DNA of 63,923 nt, the filler included, from Reclinomonas americana ATCC 50394 (lineage: Eukaryota), in NCBI GenBank assembly GCA_048213135.1. It is 16 parts of 16 records of this genome, joined end to end, with 100 filler letters (N's around TTAATTAATTAA, not from the genome) between each part and the next. Parts side by side here need not be neighbours in the genome. Positions count along the whole stretch, not along the records: positions 43,304 to 47,118 come from AFZH01020630.1; positions 47,219 to 49,449 come from AFZH01020631.1; positions 49,550 to 53,876 come from AFZH01020633.1; positions 53,977 to 58,862 come from AFZH01020634.1; positions 58,963 to 61,344 come from AFZH01020635.1; positions 61,445 to 62,725 come from AFZH01020637.1; positions 62,826 to 63,923 come from AFZH01020775.1; 9 more parts are not named here. One strand, 5' to 3'. Below, piece by piece: positions 46,589 through 63,923 of the stretch. Every line of letters starts with the position of its first letter. Position 1 is the first letter of the stretch. The notes beneath the pieces are model-generated. The model made no database searches and was not told the origin of the DNA. It saw nothing but the letters and a program-made list of their open reading frames with translations. Position numbers and translations under genes: made by a program.

Positions 46589-48240
46589 AGGGAGGTGTAG
46601 ATTCACGCTTGTGGCTTCAGCGTCGGTGGTCTTTGGTATACTTTCTGCATTGTCTCAACGCTGACGGCCGATGCTCAGGTGCAAGGACGCACTGATCGTC
46701 AGCTGCACAGGTGCTGCTCGCGTGTTGCCTGACATGGGCGGCGCACTTGTGTTCGCGTCACCACTGCACGGCAGTAACTGCTGACACTCTGCTTTCACGC
46801 AGACAGCTTGCCTTGCACGTTCTTCCCCTCCCACTGCCATCACTGCACACAATGTCATCACAACAACGACAATTCTGTGTCTGTGGTCAATGTCGCCTTC
46901 AACCCTCAGTTCTCTTGTTTCTCACCGGTCAGTGGCTGTCACAGTGTTGAAATCACCGCCTCTGCAAAACAACAACAACAACAACTGCGCCTACCACCAG
47001 CCACCACCGATATGAGCCTCACCAACAACATGACAATCTTTCTCCTGTTTCAACCATGTCACACCTCCACTGCTTTTGCTTTGCCTGCTTCACGGATCCA
47101 GACCCGGCTTTGCTTTTGNNNNNNNNNNNNNNNNNNNNNNNNNNNNNNNNNNNNNNNNNNNNTTAATTAATTAANNNNNNNNNNNNNNNNNNNNNNNNNN
47201 NNNNNNNNNNNNNNNNNNAATCCACTGGTCAACCACGCTTATGCGGTGAAGATCGCAGTTCTCGACTTGTTCGGGAGCTCCGAGATCGAGCGAACACACA
47301 CACACACACACACAAGAAACCTGCTGCTGCCTCAAGATTGGTGGATACGGTTGAACTTGGTCATCAAGACAGCTGTTGCTTGTTTGTTGGCGAATGAAAT
47401 TATTGTTGTTGTTTGGAGCTCCGAGATCAAGCGTGCTGCTGCTCTCAAGTTTGGTTTTTATACTTTTTGGTACTGTTGGCCTTGGTCAAGCCGCAGTATT
47501 TCCTGCAGAAACGCCAGCAGGAGGACATTTCGACTTTCTCTCTCGCACTGGGATGTCTCCGTTTCTCTGGAGCTCACAGAATCAGGCAACTGTGGAGCTG
47601 CGAGAGAGAGAGAGAGAGAGTACTAGTACATTGCCATTTTCGATTCTCCTCTCGTACAGTTTCTTAGATGTCTTAATTCCGCTGGTGCTCACAGGAGATA
47701 GTGATCGTCAGGCTGTTGTGCCTTCCTGCTTGCTTGTGTACCCGTGTTATGTAGGCCGCCGGAAACTGGTGAAATTTGCGCGCCTTCTCCAACTCACACA
47801 CCCATCGCACTCAGAACGCCATAAGTTGACCCACCGATTGCTGCAGTCAACAACACACAACACACAACACACACACACATCTCTCTCGCCTTCTCTCTGT
47901 GTCAACTACCCCTTTTTATGTTCTCCGCGCCCTGTCTCTTCAACAACGGACTGAAGAAGAAGAAGCACGAAGGACAGCACATCGCAACAGCAACTCACTA
48001 ACAAGCAACTAGCAGCACCTCAACAAACAAACAAACAAGGTGAGATAAAAGTGCACATGTCCATCTTGAGACATGTCGCCCAAAGTCACTCACTTTTTCT
48101 CTCTCTGCTTGTGTGTGTTTCTGCGTGCGTGTGTGTGCCTGTCTCACGCACTCTGTTTGCGCGACTTGTGTCTTGTTTTTTCTTGGGGGTCTATTTCCAG
48201 TTCACTTCAACTCTCTTTTCTTCGTATCAAGCAAGCAACC

Positions 48241-49558
48241 ATGGCGACTGTCAACATTGGTGATGTCAAGGACGAGTTCTATCGTTACAAGATGCCTGCG
48301 CTGCAGTCCAAGATTGAGGGACGCGGAAATGGTGGGTCGCGCGAGTGATGCAGCATAAGTGATTGATCTTCGTTTGTGCTTCTCACTCTTCTCTCCTTTT
48401 GTCACTCACCCTGTCTGTTGTCTTTCTTCTCTCTCTCCCTCTCGGCGCTGCCCTTCTCTGGGCTCAAATCTCCAATCACTCTCACTCTTACTCCTCTCTC
48501 CTTTCCTCGCTCGGCATTCCCCGTCTCTCTGTCTTTCTCCTCATGGCTCTCGAGTCTAACTGCACTGTGCTTCTCACTCTTCTCTCCATTTGTCACTCAC
48601 CCTGTCTGTTGTCTTTCTTCTTCTTCTTCTTCTTCTTCTTCCTTCTTCTTCTTCTTCTCTCTCTCTCTCTCTCGTCTCTCTCTCACACACTCATTCTCTC
48701 ATTCTAGCTCTTATTCTCTCACTCGTCCTCCAAGTCTTGCTTTGCTCGCTCGTCTCTCAGACTTGCCCTTCCCTTGACTCGCTGTTCTCGTCTTTCCCCC
48801 TTCCCTCTTCTGACTCTGTGCATCTCAATCTTCTCTCAGTTCCTCTCAGCTGAAACTTCCCTTCTCGCAGTTCTGTCCTCTTGCTTGGTCTCTCCCCGCT
48901 CTTCCCTGTCTGGCAACTCAGTCTTTCCTTCTCTCGCTCTTCTCGTCCTCTCCTCACTCCTTTCCTCACACGCCCCGCCCCTTCCCCTCTTGTCTTCACG
49001 CGCATTTCTCGTCTCGCCACTCGGTTTTACCCCCTTCTCTGTGCTGACTTTTTCGAGCTCTCGCTTGTCTCGCTTCCTCGTCGCTTGCCGTGCCCATTCT
49101 CAGCTCATCCTTGCCTTCTCTCCTCGCTTGTTCATCTGTCCCCACTCCTTCGAAAGCCACAAATGCCGTCCTTGGCATCCCGACCTGAACACTTTCTGTC
49201 TCTCATCCAGTTCCCAGTCTCTTCTCCATCTCGCTCGTCCATGTATCCTCGCTCCTCTTCTCTGGCTCTTCCCCTTGCACAACTCACTTGCAACGTTTCT
49301 CTCATCTCTCCTCATCCCACCCTCTTCTCACCCTTCCCTCTTTTCCACCCAGGTATCAAGACGGTGATCGTCAACATGTCCGCCATTGCGCAGGCTCTGG
49401 AGCGTCCTCCCGAGTGTTGCGTCTCCCTTCCCATTTCTCGCCCTCCCCTNNNNNNNNNNNNNNNNNNNNNNNNNNNNNNNNNNNNNNNNNNNNTTAATTA
49501 ATTAANNNNNNNNNNNNNNNNNNNNNNNNNNNNNNNNNNNNNNNNNNNNTCTCTCCTC

Positions 49559-49608
<50 letters not shown>

Positions 49609-50116
49609 CTCCTGAATGCCTCGCCTCCCCCCTTGCCCTTCTTTTTATCCCCTTTCCCCTTCCCCTCTTTCCCCTTCGCCCCCTGTCCCCTTCCCTTCGC
49701 CCCCCTTTCCCCTTTCTTCCCTTTCCCCTTACCTTCCCCCTCCCCTTCCCCTTCCGCAGTACTTCCGCCAAACGGAGGGCGCCGAACAAGGCTCCGGCCA
49801 AAAGCTCGTCCTGCGCTACTTTGAAAAGGTGGCCGTGGAGTGGAACGCCAAGAACGTGCTGCCAATGGCGGCTCACATTCTCAAGAAGCTCTACGACCTC
49901 GACGTGCTGGAGGAGGAGTTCATCCTCGGCTGGTACCACAAGGCCATGACGTCCAAGAAGCGTGTGCGTCTGCAGCCGCTGCTCGAAAAGGTCAAGCCGG
50001 TGATCTCATGGCTGGAGAGCGCCGAGGTCGATGAGGAGGATGGTGACGAGGGGGAGGAGGAGGGGGATGCCGATGAGGATGACGACGACGACGACGACGA
50101 CGAGGACGACGAGTGA
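48241..50116 (+). CDS. EIF5: Eukaryotic translation initiation factor 5; middle lost in gap
   Basis: MATVNIG..DEFYRYKMP..KIEGRGNG|IKTVIVNM..IAQALERPPE; W2 domain ILKKLYDLDVLEEEFILGW...KPVISWLESAE with acidic tail. Confidence 0.93.
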
Positions 50117-50379
50117 ATGTGAGTTGCTGTGTGGCGCGCGCGCGCGGTCTCCTCCTCGTTGGGTGTCCTGGCAGCAGTGTCGGGAGCATGCATGCGTGAG
50201 GACAATGAGAAACAGAATGTAAATGTATCTTGTGTGTTAAAGAGAGGGAGGGAGATGGAAGGGGGTGGGGGAGTGAGAGAGGTCTTCCTTTGCAAACAGT
50301 CTGCGTGCATGTGCAGCCTTGGGCATAGGCAATTCAGCGGTGCAGAAGCTGTCGCTCGGTGCGTTGGTAGTCAGTTTCG

Positions 50380-50517
50380 CTGCGCTCTTGTGCTCACACC
50401 TGATCGCAAGCGGCTCGTGGATGTTCACGGCGTCGATGGAGCAGTGTGCCGAAGAGTGGCGTGGTGGTGACATCGACCGGGACCGCTTGTGCGACGAGCG
50501 GAGTAGACTACACGTCA
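50380..50517 (+). pseudogene. Frameshifted remnant copy of the terminal PAN/Apple exon of the downstream gene
   Basis: Aligns by eye to 57575-57712 (GCGGCTCGTGGA..TTCAC.GCGTCGA...AGCAGTGTG(TG)CCGAAGAGTGG.GTGGTGG...TGTGCGACGAGCGG) with a 2-nt deletion. Confidence 0.75.
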
Positions 50518-50563
50518 TAAACTTCAATTTTGGCGCCAAACTCGGCGTTTCAACCGTTTCCTC

Positions 50564-57728
<7,165 letters not shown>

Positions 57729-58583
57729 TGAGTTGGGAGAGTTGGCGAAGCTGCGGGCTTTGAGCAGTTTCCTGTTGGTGAATTCTGTTATTCTGCCTAT
57801 TTGTTGCTTGGTGGCCATGGAACCTGCAGCGGCGAAACACGAGAGACTGTCAGCATTCTTCTCTCGTTGATCTTGGGCAGATTTGCGGTTGTGTCGCCAA
57901 GGTTTCCTCTCGTACGAGCTGTCGTGCGGAAATGCCGTCACCACAGTTTCTGGCACAAGTTTGTTGAAGCCCAAGCTCCTTGCTTTTCTGTCGGCACACA
58001 GCTGCAAAGATGTCTTGCTCACGAGAAGTGTCAAGCTCTCTTCCTCATCTTCTTCGCCGATAGAGAATTTGAAGACAGACAGACAGAGAGAGAAAGACGA
58101 GACGTCTGCAATGAGATAAGTATTTATGTTTTGCGGCTGTTGGTGTGCATGCTCTTGCTGTTCTTCTGCTTCAATAGCGTATATAATAGAAACTTCACTG
58201 ATCCATACACAACAATGAGCATCTACCAGTGATCGCCAACAAGTCTCGTGTGCTTTCCTTCTACAACTAAAACTGTTTTAAGTGTGTTGTCGATGTTAAG
58301 AATAAAGCCCTATTCAGGACACACGGCCTCCAGGCCAGGAAGAAGACTTCGTCAGCAGTGACCACCTGTACATGTAGATCAAGATCTTCTTCTTCTTCGA
58401 AATCCACCACACTTCTAGATCTTCTCTGTCTTGCGAGTGTATACGTTCATATGCATGTCTCTTGCAATCTATATCACGCATGTTGACGTTGCTGTTCTTC
58501 TTTCTCTGTCTCTCTTCCCAAACTATTTACAGCAACTGTTTACATAACAACTTTTTGTTTGTGTGGCCGTTTGTGAGAGAGGA

Positions 58584-59958
58584 ATGGAAGTCGACGGAGA
58601 TCGATGGGCGGATGTGCGCCGCGTAGTCGGCCGCAGTGGACCTCGTCAGCAAGCCGACTATGATCCTTCGTTTGTTGCGTGTGTGTGTGAGTGAGCTAGA
58701 GACAGAGGGAGATGTCACACTCTCACCCTCGCCCACTGTTGTGGTTGTCGTGTGTGCATTCTCTCTCTCTCTCACACACACACACGAGAGAGAGAGGCAA
58801 AGGGAGAGAGAGAGAGAGAGTAGAATGTGATGAGAGTGCGCGGAATACTTGTGCTATTCTTGNNNNNNNNNNNNNNNNNNNNNNNNNNNNNNNNNNNNNN
58901 NNNNNNTTAATTAATTAANNNNNNNNNNNNNNNNNNNNNNNNNNNNNNNNNNNNNNNNNNNNCCCGGCTGCAAAGTCAATCCGTTGCGCTCTTTCTCCTC
59001 ACCTCTTCTCCCTCACCTCCCTCACCTCCCTGCCATGCACCCTCGCAGGCACAACTGCGCCATCCAGGACAAGGACGACGACTTTTACCGCCAGTTCCAC
59101 GTGGTGATTACGGGCCTTGACGCTGTGGCACCGCGCGCGTGGATGAACGCCAAGCTGGTGGAGTTGTGTCAGCGAGATCCGGAAACCGGCGAGGTCGACA
59201 TGTCGACTTGCATTCCGATGGTGGATGGCGGCACCGAGGGTGAGCAATGAGGAACAAAAAGACACTTCTTCTTCGCTCTCCCCTCAATCCTTTCGTCGCT
59301 CGCAGGATTCATGGGCCAAGTCAAAGTCATCATCCCCCACAAGACCGCCTGTTTCGAGTGCATTCTCAACTTGTTCCCGCCACGCGACGCGGTGCCGCTG
59401 TGCACTCTCAAGTCCGCCCCGCGTCTCCCCGAGCACTGCATCCTGTACGTGCGGTACCAGTGGGACGGCAGTAACCCGGGTGTCTCCTTCGACACGGACA
59501 ATCCCGAGCACATCAAGTGGGTGTTTGAGCAATCGGTAGCGCGCGCCCAGCAATTCAACATCCAGGGCGTGACACTGCAGCTGACGCAAGGCGTGGTGAA
59601 GAATATTATCCCGGCCATTGCCTCCACCAATGCCACCATCTCGGCCGTCTGCTGCAGCGAGGCCATTAAGTTGTTGACGCTGTTTGCCAGCAACTTGAAT
59701 GATTTCATGCTGGTGGTGGGACTGGAGGGCGTGCACACGTCGACGCAGTGCATTGAGAAGTGAGTGGGATGGGGAGGGGAAAGGGAGGGGGTGATGGGGA
59801 AGGGGATGAAGGGACGGGGAAGGGAGGGTGAAGGGGAAGGGGGTGTGGGAGGGAGACGATGGTGAAGAGACGGGGAGAGAGATATCTGACTGGGTGTCGC
59901 TCATGGTCGATGACTCTGTCCCTACTTTGTCGATTCCACAACGTGCATTTCTAATACT

Positions 59959-59995
<37 letters not shown>

Positions 59996-60293
59996 CTCTT
60001 TACTTTTCCTTTGTCTTTCGTCGACTGAGCGTCTTGCTTTATTGGGCACCGAGAGCATCTCTCATTCGTTGCTAACTGGTTATTCTTCTTTGGGGATTTC
60101 TGGCCCTTGCTTTCACCTCCTCGGTTATCATCATGCTGCTGGTGCGTGTCGTTCTTGCCAAGTCTGTCTCATGCAGTCATGTGGACGAAGTCTGTTTCAT
60201 TCTTGTGCGCATCATTTTCTCTCTCTCTCTCTCTGATTTTCTCCTCAGTCGAGGTCTGTCTCTCTCAGGTTATCGGGTTCTCTGTCTTCTTGA

Positions 60294-60334
<41 letters not shown>

Positions 60335-60837
60335 ACACACACGCACGCACACCCTATTTTCTCCTTCCCCTCCCATCTTCCCTGCCTTTGTTTCTTGTGT
60401 TACCTCTCTTCCCCTCCTTACCCCCTTCCCTTCGCCCACAGGAACCCCAACTGCCCGGTGTGCGGTCGCGGCGGCGTGCGCTCGATTCAGGTGGCGAGCG
60501 AGAGCACCGTATTTGACTTTTTGGAGAGCCTCAAGCACTCGCCGGTGGTTCACGTGCACAACGTGGTGCGCCTGGCCAAGGCGGGCACGAACATTTATGA
60601 TTGCAGTGTGCCGGCGCTGAAGGCCAGGTGAGCAGCGGAAAGGGAGAAGGGGCTCGCATTTTGCTTCAGTCCTCTCTCACACACACGCATGTTCGCGACA
60701 GAACCGAGGTGAACCTGGAGAAGAGTCTGTCGGAGTTTGTCATGGGCGGTGAGGTGGTGACGTTGTTCGACCTGGTGCCGCTGCCTGGAGGAATGGAGGA
60801 CATGGTGCCGGTGGACTTGAGGGTGGACTACAAGTGA
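58584..60837 (+). CDS. UBA3: NEDD8-activating enzyme E1 catalytic subunit; part lost in gap
   Basis: First exon MEVDGDRWADVRRVVGRSGP; FYRQFHVVITGLD, PMVDGGTEG, TACFEC, catalytic PLCTL..PRLPEHCI, TQGVVKNIIPAIASTNA, NPNCPVC. Confidence 0.93.
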
Positions 60838-61218
60838 GCAGCAGGCTGGCGGTGGTGATGAGGGATTGGTGAAGTGGACGTCTGTGTGAATGAAAAAGTT
60901 GCGAGGCTGCGATGAGGAAGGACGAGGAAACTGGAGACGATTGGGCGAGGGTGAGAGAGCGAGAACGCAGTTGGTTCGTTACTTCGAAGAAAGGAAGATC
61001 ATTTGCTTGGCGCCAAAATCTGGCGTTTCGTTTGCGCTTTTTCTCATTTTCTTGATTCGTTCTTGTCTCACGTTTATCAGTTGCACTCTCACGTCAGCAT
61101 GCGCTTTCTCCTTGCCATGGCGTTCGTCGTCAACCTGCTCTTCATTACTGCAAGTTGTGTATATGCGTTTGTTTTTATATGTGTTTGTGAGTGTACAAGT
61201 TTCTTTGTGCGCGCGCGC

Positions 61219-61270
<52 letters not shown>

Positions 61271-61508
61271 ATGTATGTGTGTGTATGCTTGTGTGTGTGC
61301 GTGTGTGTGTTTGCCAGCACGAGCTTAAGTTCGACACACGATTGNNNNNNNNNNNNNNNNNNNNNNNNNNNNNNNNNNNNNNNNNNNNTTAATTAATTAA
61401 NNNNNNNNNNNNNNNNNNNNNNNNNNNNNNNNNNNNNNNNNNNNGAACAGAGTTATGGAGCGAGACAGAGAGAGAGAGAGAGAGTGCGACTGAGTGAGCG
61501 TGTGTTTT

Positions 61509-61547
<39 letters not shown>

Positions 61548-62200
61548 GTTGCCGAGACAGGCACATCGTAGAACAGGATTGAGAGAACAGAGTGATGGAG
61601 CGAGGCAGAGAAAGAGAGAGAGAGAGAGGGTTACCGAGACATGCAACTCGTAGAACAGGATTGAGAGAACAGAGTCAGAGACAGATACTCGGAGCAAGAC
61701 CGACAGTGCGTTTGCGTTTGGAGAGAGGTAGGCAGGGGAGGTAGAAGCAGCTGCGTGTGAGCGAGACAGAATGGGTGTAGAGCGAGACAGTGTCTGCGGG
61801 AGTAGAGATGGAGCGGGAGGTCTGGGGTAGCACGAGAGACTGGGAACGAGAGGGCGTGGGAGTGGGAGAGAGAGTTTGTGCGGATGAAGCTGAGCGAGTC
61901 TGAGATGCGCAGCTGTTCGGGAGGGTGTATGTTTTCAGGCGTGTGAGATGGAGAGAGTCTTTGAGGCAGGGAGTGTGCGTGCGAGAGAGAGAGAGAGAGA
62001 GAGTGTCAGATGGGAGAAGGGAAGAGCGAGTTTGAGGTGCGCAGCTGTTCGGGAGCGTGCGTGTGTCGAGCACCTGTATGTGCGCGAGAGAGACTGAGAA
62101 AACTCAATCAAGTGGACTTGTGCTTCTCTTTCGTATCTGTGTGCTTCTCCTCCTCTTCCGCTTTCCGCCTCTCACATCCCCTTCCCCCTTCCCCCTCCAG

Positions 62201-62655
62201 GTCCGCACCGAACCCAACCGATTACGCCACCGCCTGCAATCCTTGCACTCGTCACCCTCCGCCTCTGTCGCCGCCACCGCCGCCGCACCGGACAGACGCG
62301 GCAGCATTTACTCCGTACCCGCCATCTCCTCGGCCTCGGCGACCATCCTGCGCGTGGCCGACGAGCAGAGGCGCGGCTCGTCCACCCTCGGACGTCAGCC
62401 GTCGCACGGCGGTGCGCCCAAGGCCGTGGTCTCCGGGTCGGTGGTGTCGATGCAGAATGCGTTGTTTCGGTGAGCCCCCCATATCATCCCTGCCTCTTCT
62501 GATTGGTTTCTCACCTTTTCTTGTGCCGTGGCAGCGGGCCGAGCTCCGAATTCATCTCTCTGTTCCCGGCGGAGGATGGCGGCATGGACATGGATGCCAT
62601 GGGCGACGATGAATCACAGGTGCGTGGGATTGAGAGGGAATCTTTCCTGCCTTCA

Positions 62656-62725
<70 letters not shown>

Positions 62726-63863
62726 NNNNNNNNNNNNNNNNNNNNNNNNNNNNNNNNNNNNNNNNNNNNTTAATTAATTAANNNNNNNNNNNNNNNNNNN
62801 NNNNNNNNNNNNNNNNNNNNNNNNNAATAAAGGTGGAGAATGGAAGAAAAAAGATGGAGAATAGAAGACAGAGAATGGAAGAGTGAGACGGAATGAAAGA
62901 AAAAGATGGAGAATGGAAGAGAGAGAGATAGATGGAGAGAGAAAGGTGGAGAAAAAGAAAGAAAAGAGACGAAGAATGGAATAGAGAGAAAGGAAAAATG
63001 GGGAATGGAAGATAGAGAGAGGCGGAGAGGGAGAGGGAGACGGAGAGAGAGAGAGGTGGGGAATGGAAATGAGAGAGAGGCGGAAGGAGAGGGAGACGGA
63101 GAGAGAGGGAGGTGGGGAATGGAAAAGAGAGAGAGAGGTGGGAAATGAAAGAGACAGGGAGAGAAAGCGTGACGACGAGAGACGAACTCGACAACAAGAA
63201 AAACTGAGAATAACGCAGGGAAAGAAGAAATAAAGAGACATTGAAAGAAACAGAAACGAACAGAGATAAGCAAGCGAAGGGGATGCGAGAGAACAGTTGG
63301 CAACAAGTTCCCAGGTGGCCCAAATGAGTAATTCATGCGGCACGAGAGCGAGTGCGGAAGGCAGAAGCAGCGAAAAGAAGACGAGATTCAGAGATAGAGA
63401 GAGTGCAACATGAACAAGTCGAGGCTTTCATGCTGGGATGTAGTCTAACACTTCCCCTTCCGTGTGCGCACCTGAGGCAACAGGCAGTGCACGGCTCGTG
63501 GGTGCAAGCAACCGAAGTGTACGCTCCAGCAGCTGCATGAGCTGCTCGTGATGTTGCTGGAACGCCTCAGAGCACAGCAAGTGCAGCAGCGAATCAAAGA
63601 TAAGGGGATGGAAGTGCTGCGTGATTCGCCCGTGGAGGTGCATGATGAAGATCATCATCTGCGACGAGCAGTGAATGCGGAAGCAGAACGGGAGAGTGAC
63701 GATTCCAAACAAATTACCTCCTTGGGTTTGACAGCCATCAGCTCGACCACTGCTTGTTGTGTGGCGGTCCACGCATTCGTTACGGCGTGCTGCAGAATGG
63801 CGGGCATGCTCGTGGCCCACACGAGGACGGCTTCCCACCACTCAGAGACCTCTGTGGGGACGG
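62201..63863 (+). CDS. Exon fragments of an unidentified large protein (partial)
   Basis: AG/GT-bounded coding-like exons near 62201-62469, 62535-62619 and 63484-63863; no recognisable domain. Confidence 0.35.
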
Positions 63864-63923
63864 GTGAGGTCCGGGAAGAGACGAGTGCACAATAGAGACA
63901 ACAGAGAAAGGATGTGAGGAGAG

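Noticed and set aside
47219..48230. ORFs upstream of eIF5
   Set aside because: No coherent spliced product or motif; likely promoter, 5' UTR and a UTR intron (about 48039-48231).

Overview
Scaffolded, intron-rich nuclear DNA from a eukaryote, probably a flagellated protist. About 15 artificial 100-nt N-TTAATTAATTAA-N gap linkers interrupt it, and genes run colinearly across them. Manual GT-AG splicing gives, in order: an AXDND1-like axonemal dynein light chain-domain protein, a Kelch-PB1-MEKK/STE11 kinase, PGS1, an intronless WD40 gene head-to-head with a 7TM-RGS receptor, an HGSNAT-like 5' fragment, a probably mitochondrial ThrRS, two small hypothetical genes, a ~150-bp degenerate satellite, a membrane RING-H2 ligase, an ankyrin x3 / coiled-coil / HEPN / kinase fusion, a small ubiquitin-fold-like protein, a TAF1C/Rrn6-like protein, eIF5, a secreted FN3-NHL-cadherin-IPT-PAN protein, UBA3 and exon fragments. 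The strongest novelty candidate is the ANK-HEPN-kinase gene (32404-37474, minus): an RNase L-like domain set in a new order, with tandem ankyrin exons that vary at ligand-facing positions, suggesting a protist immune sensor-effector. Other notable signals are a recurrent shifted 5' splice-site class (GTTGCG/GTTGAGT), frame-required microexons, purine-to-pyrimidine polarised long introns, and an intronised bacterial-type adhesin. All domain calls come from motif recognition by eye; no database search was run.
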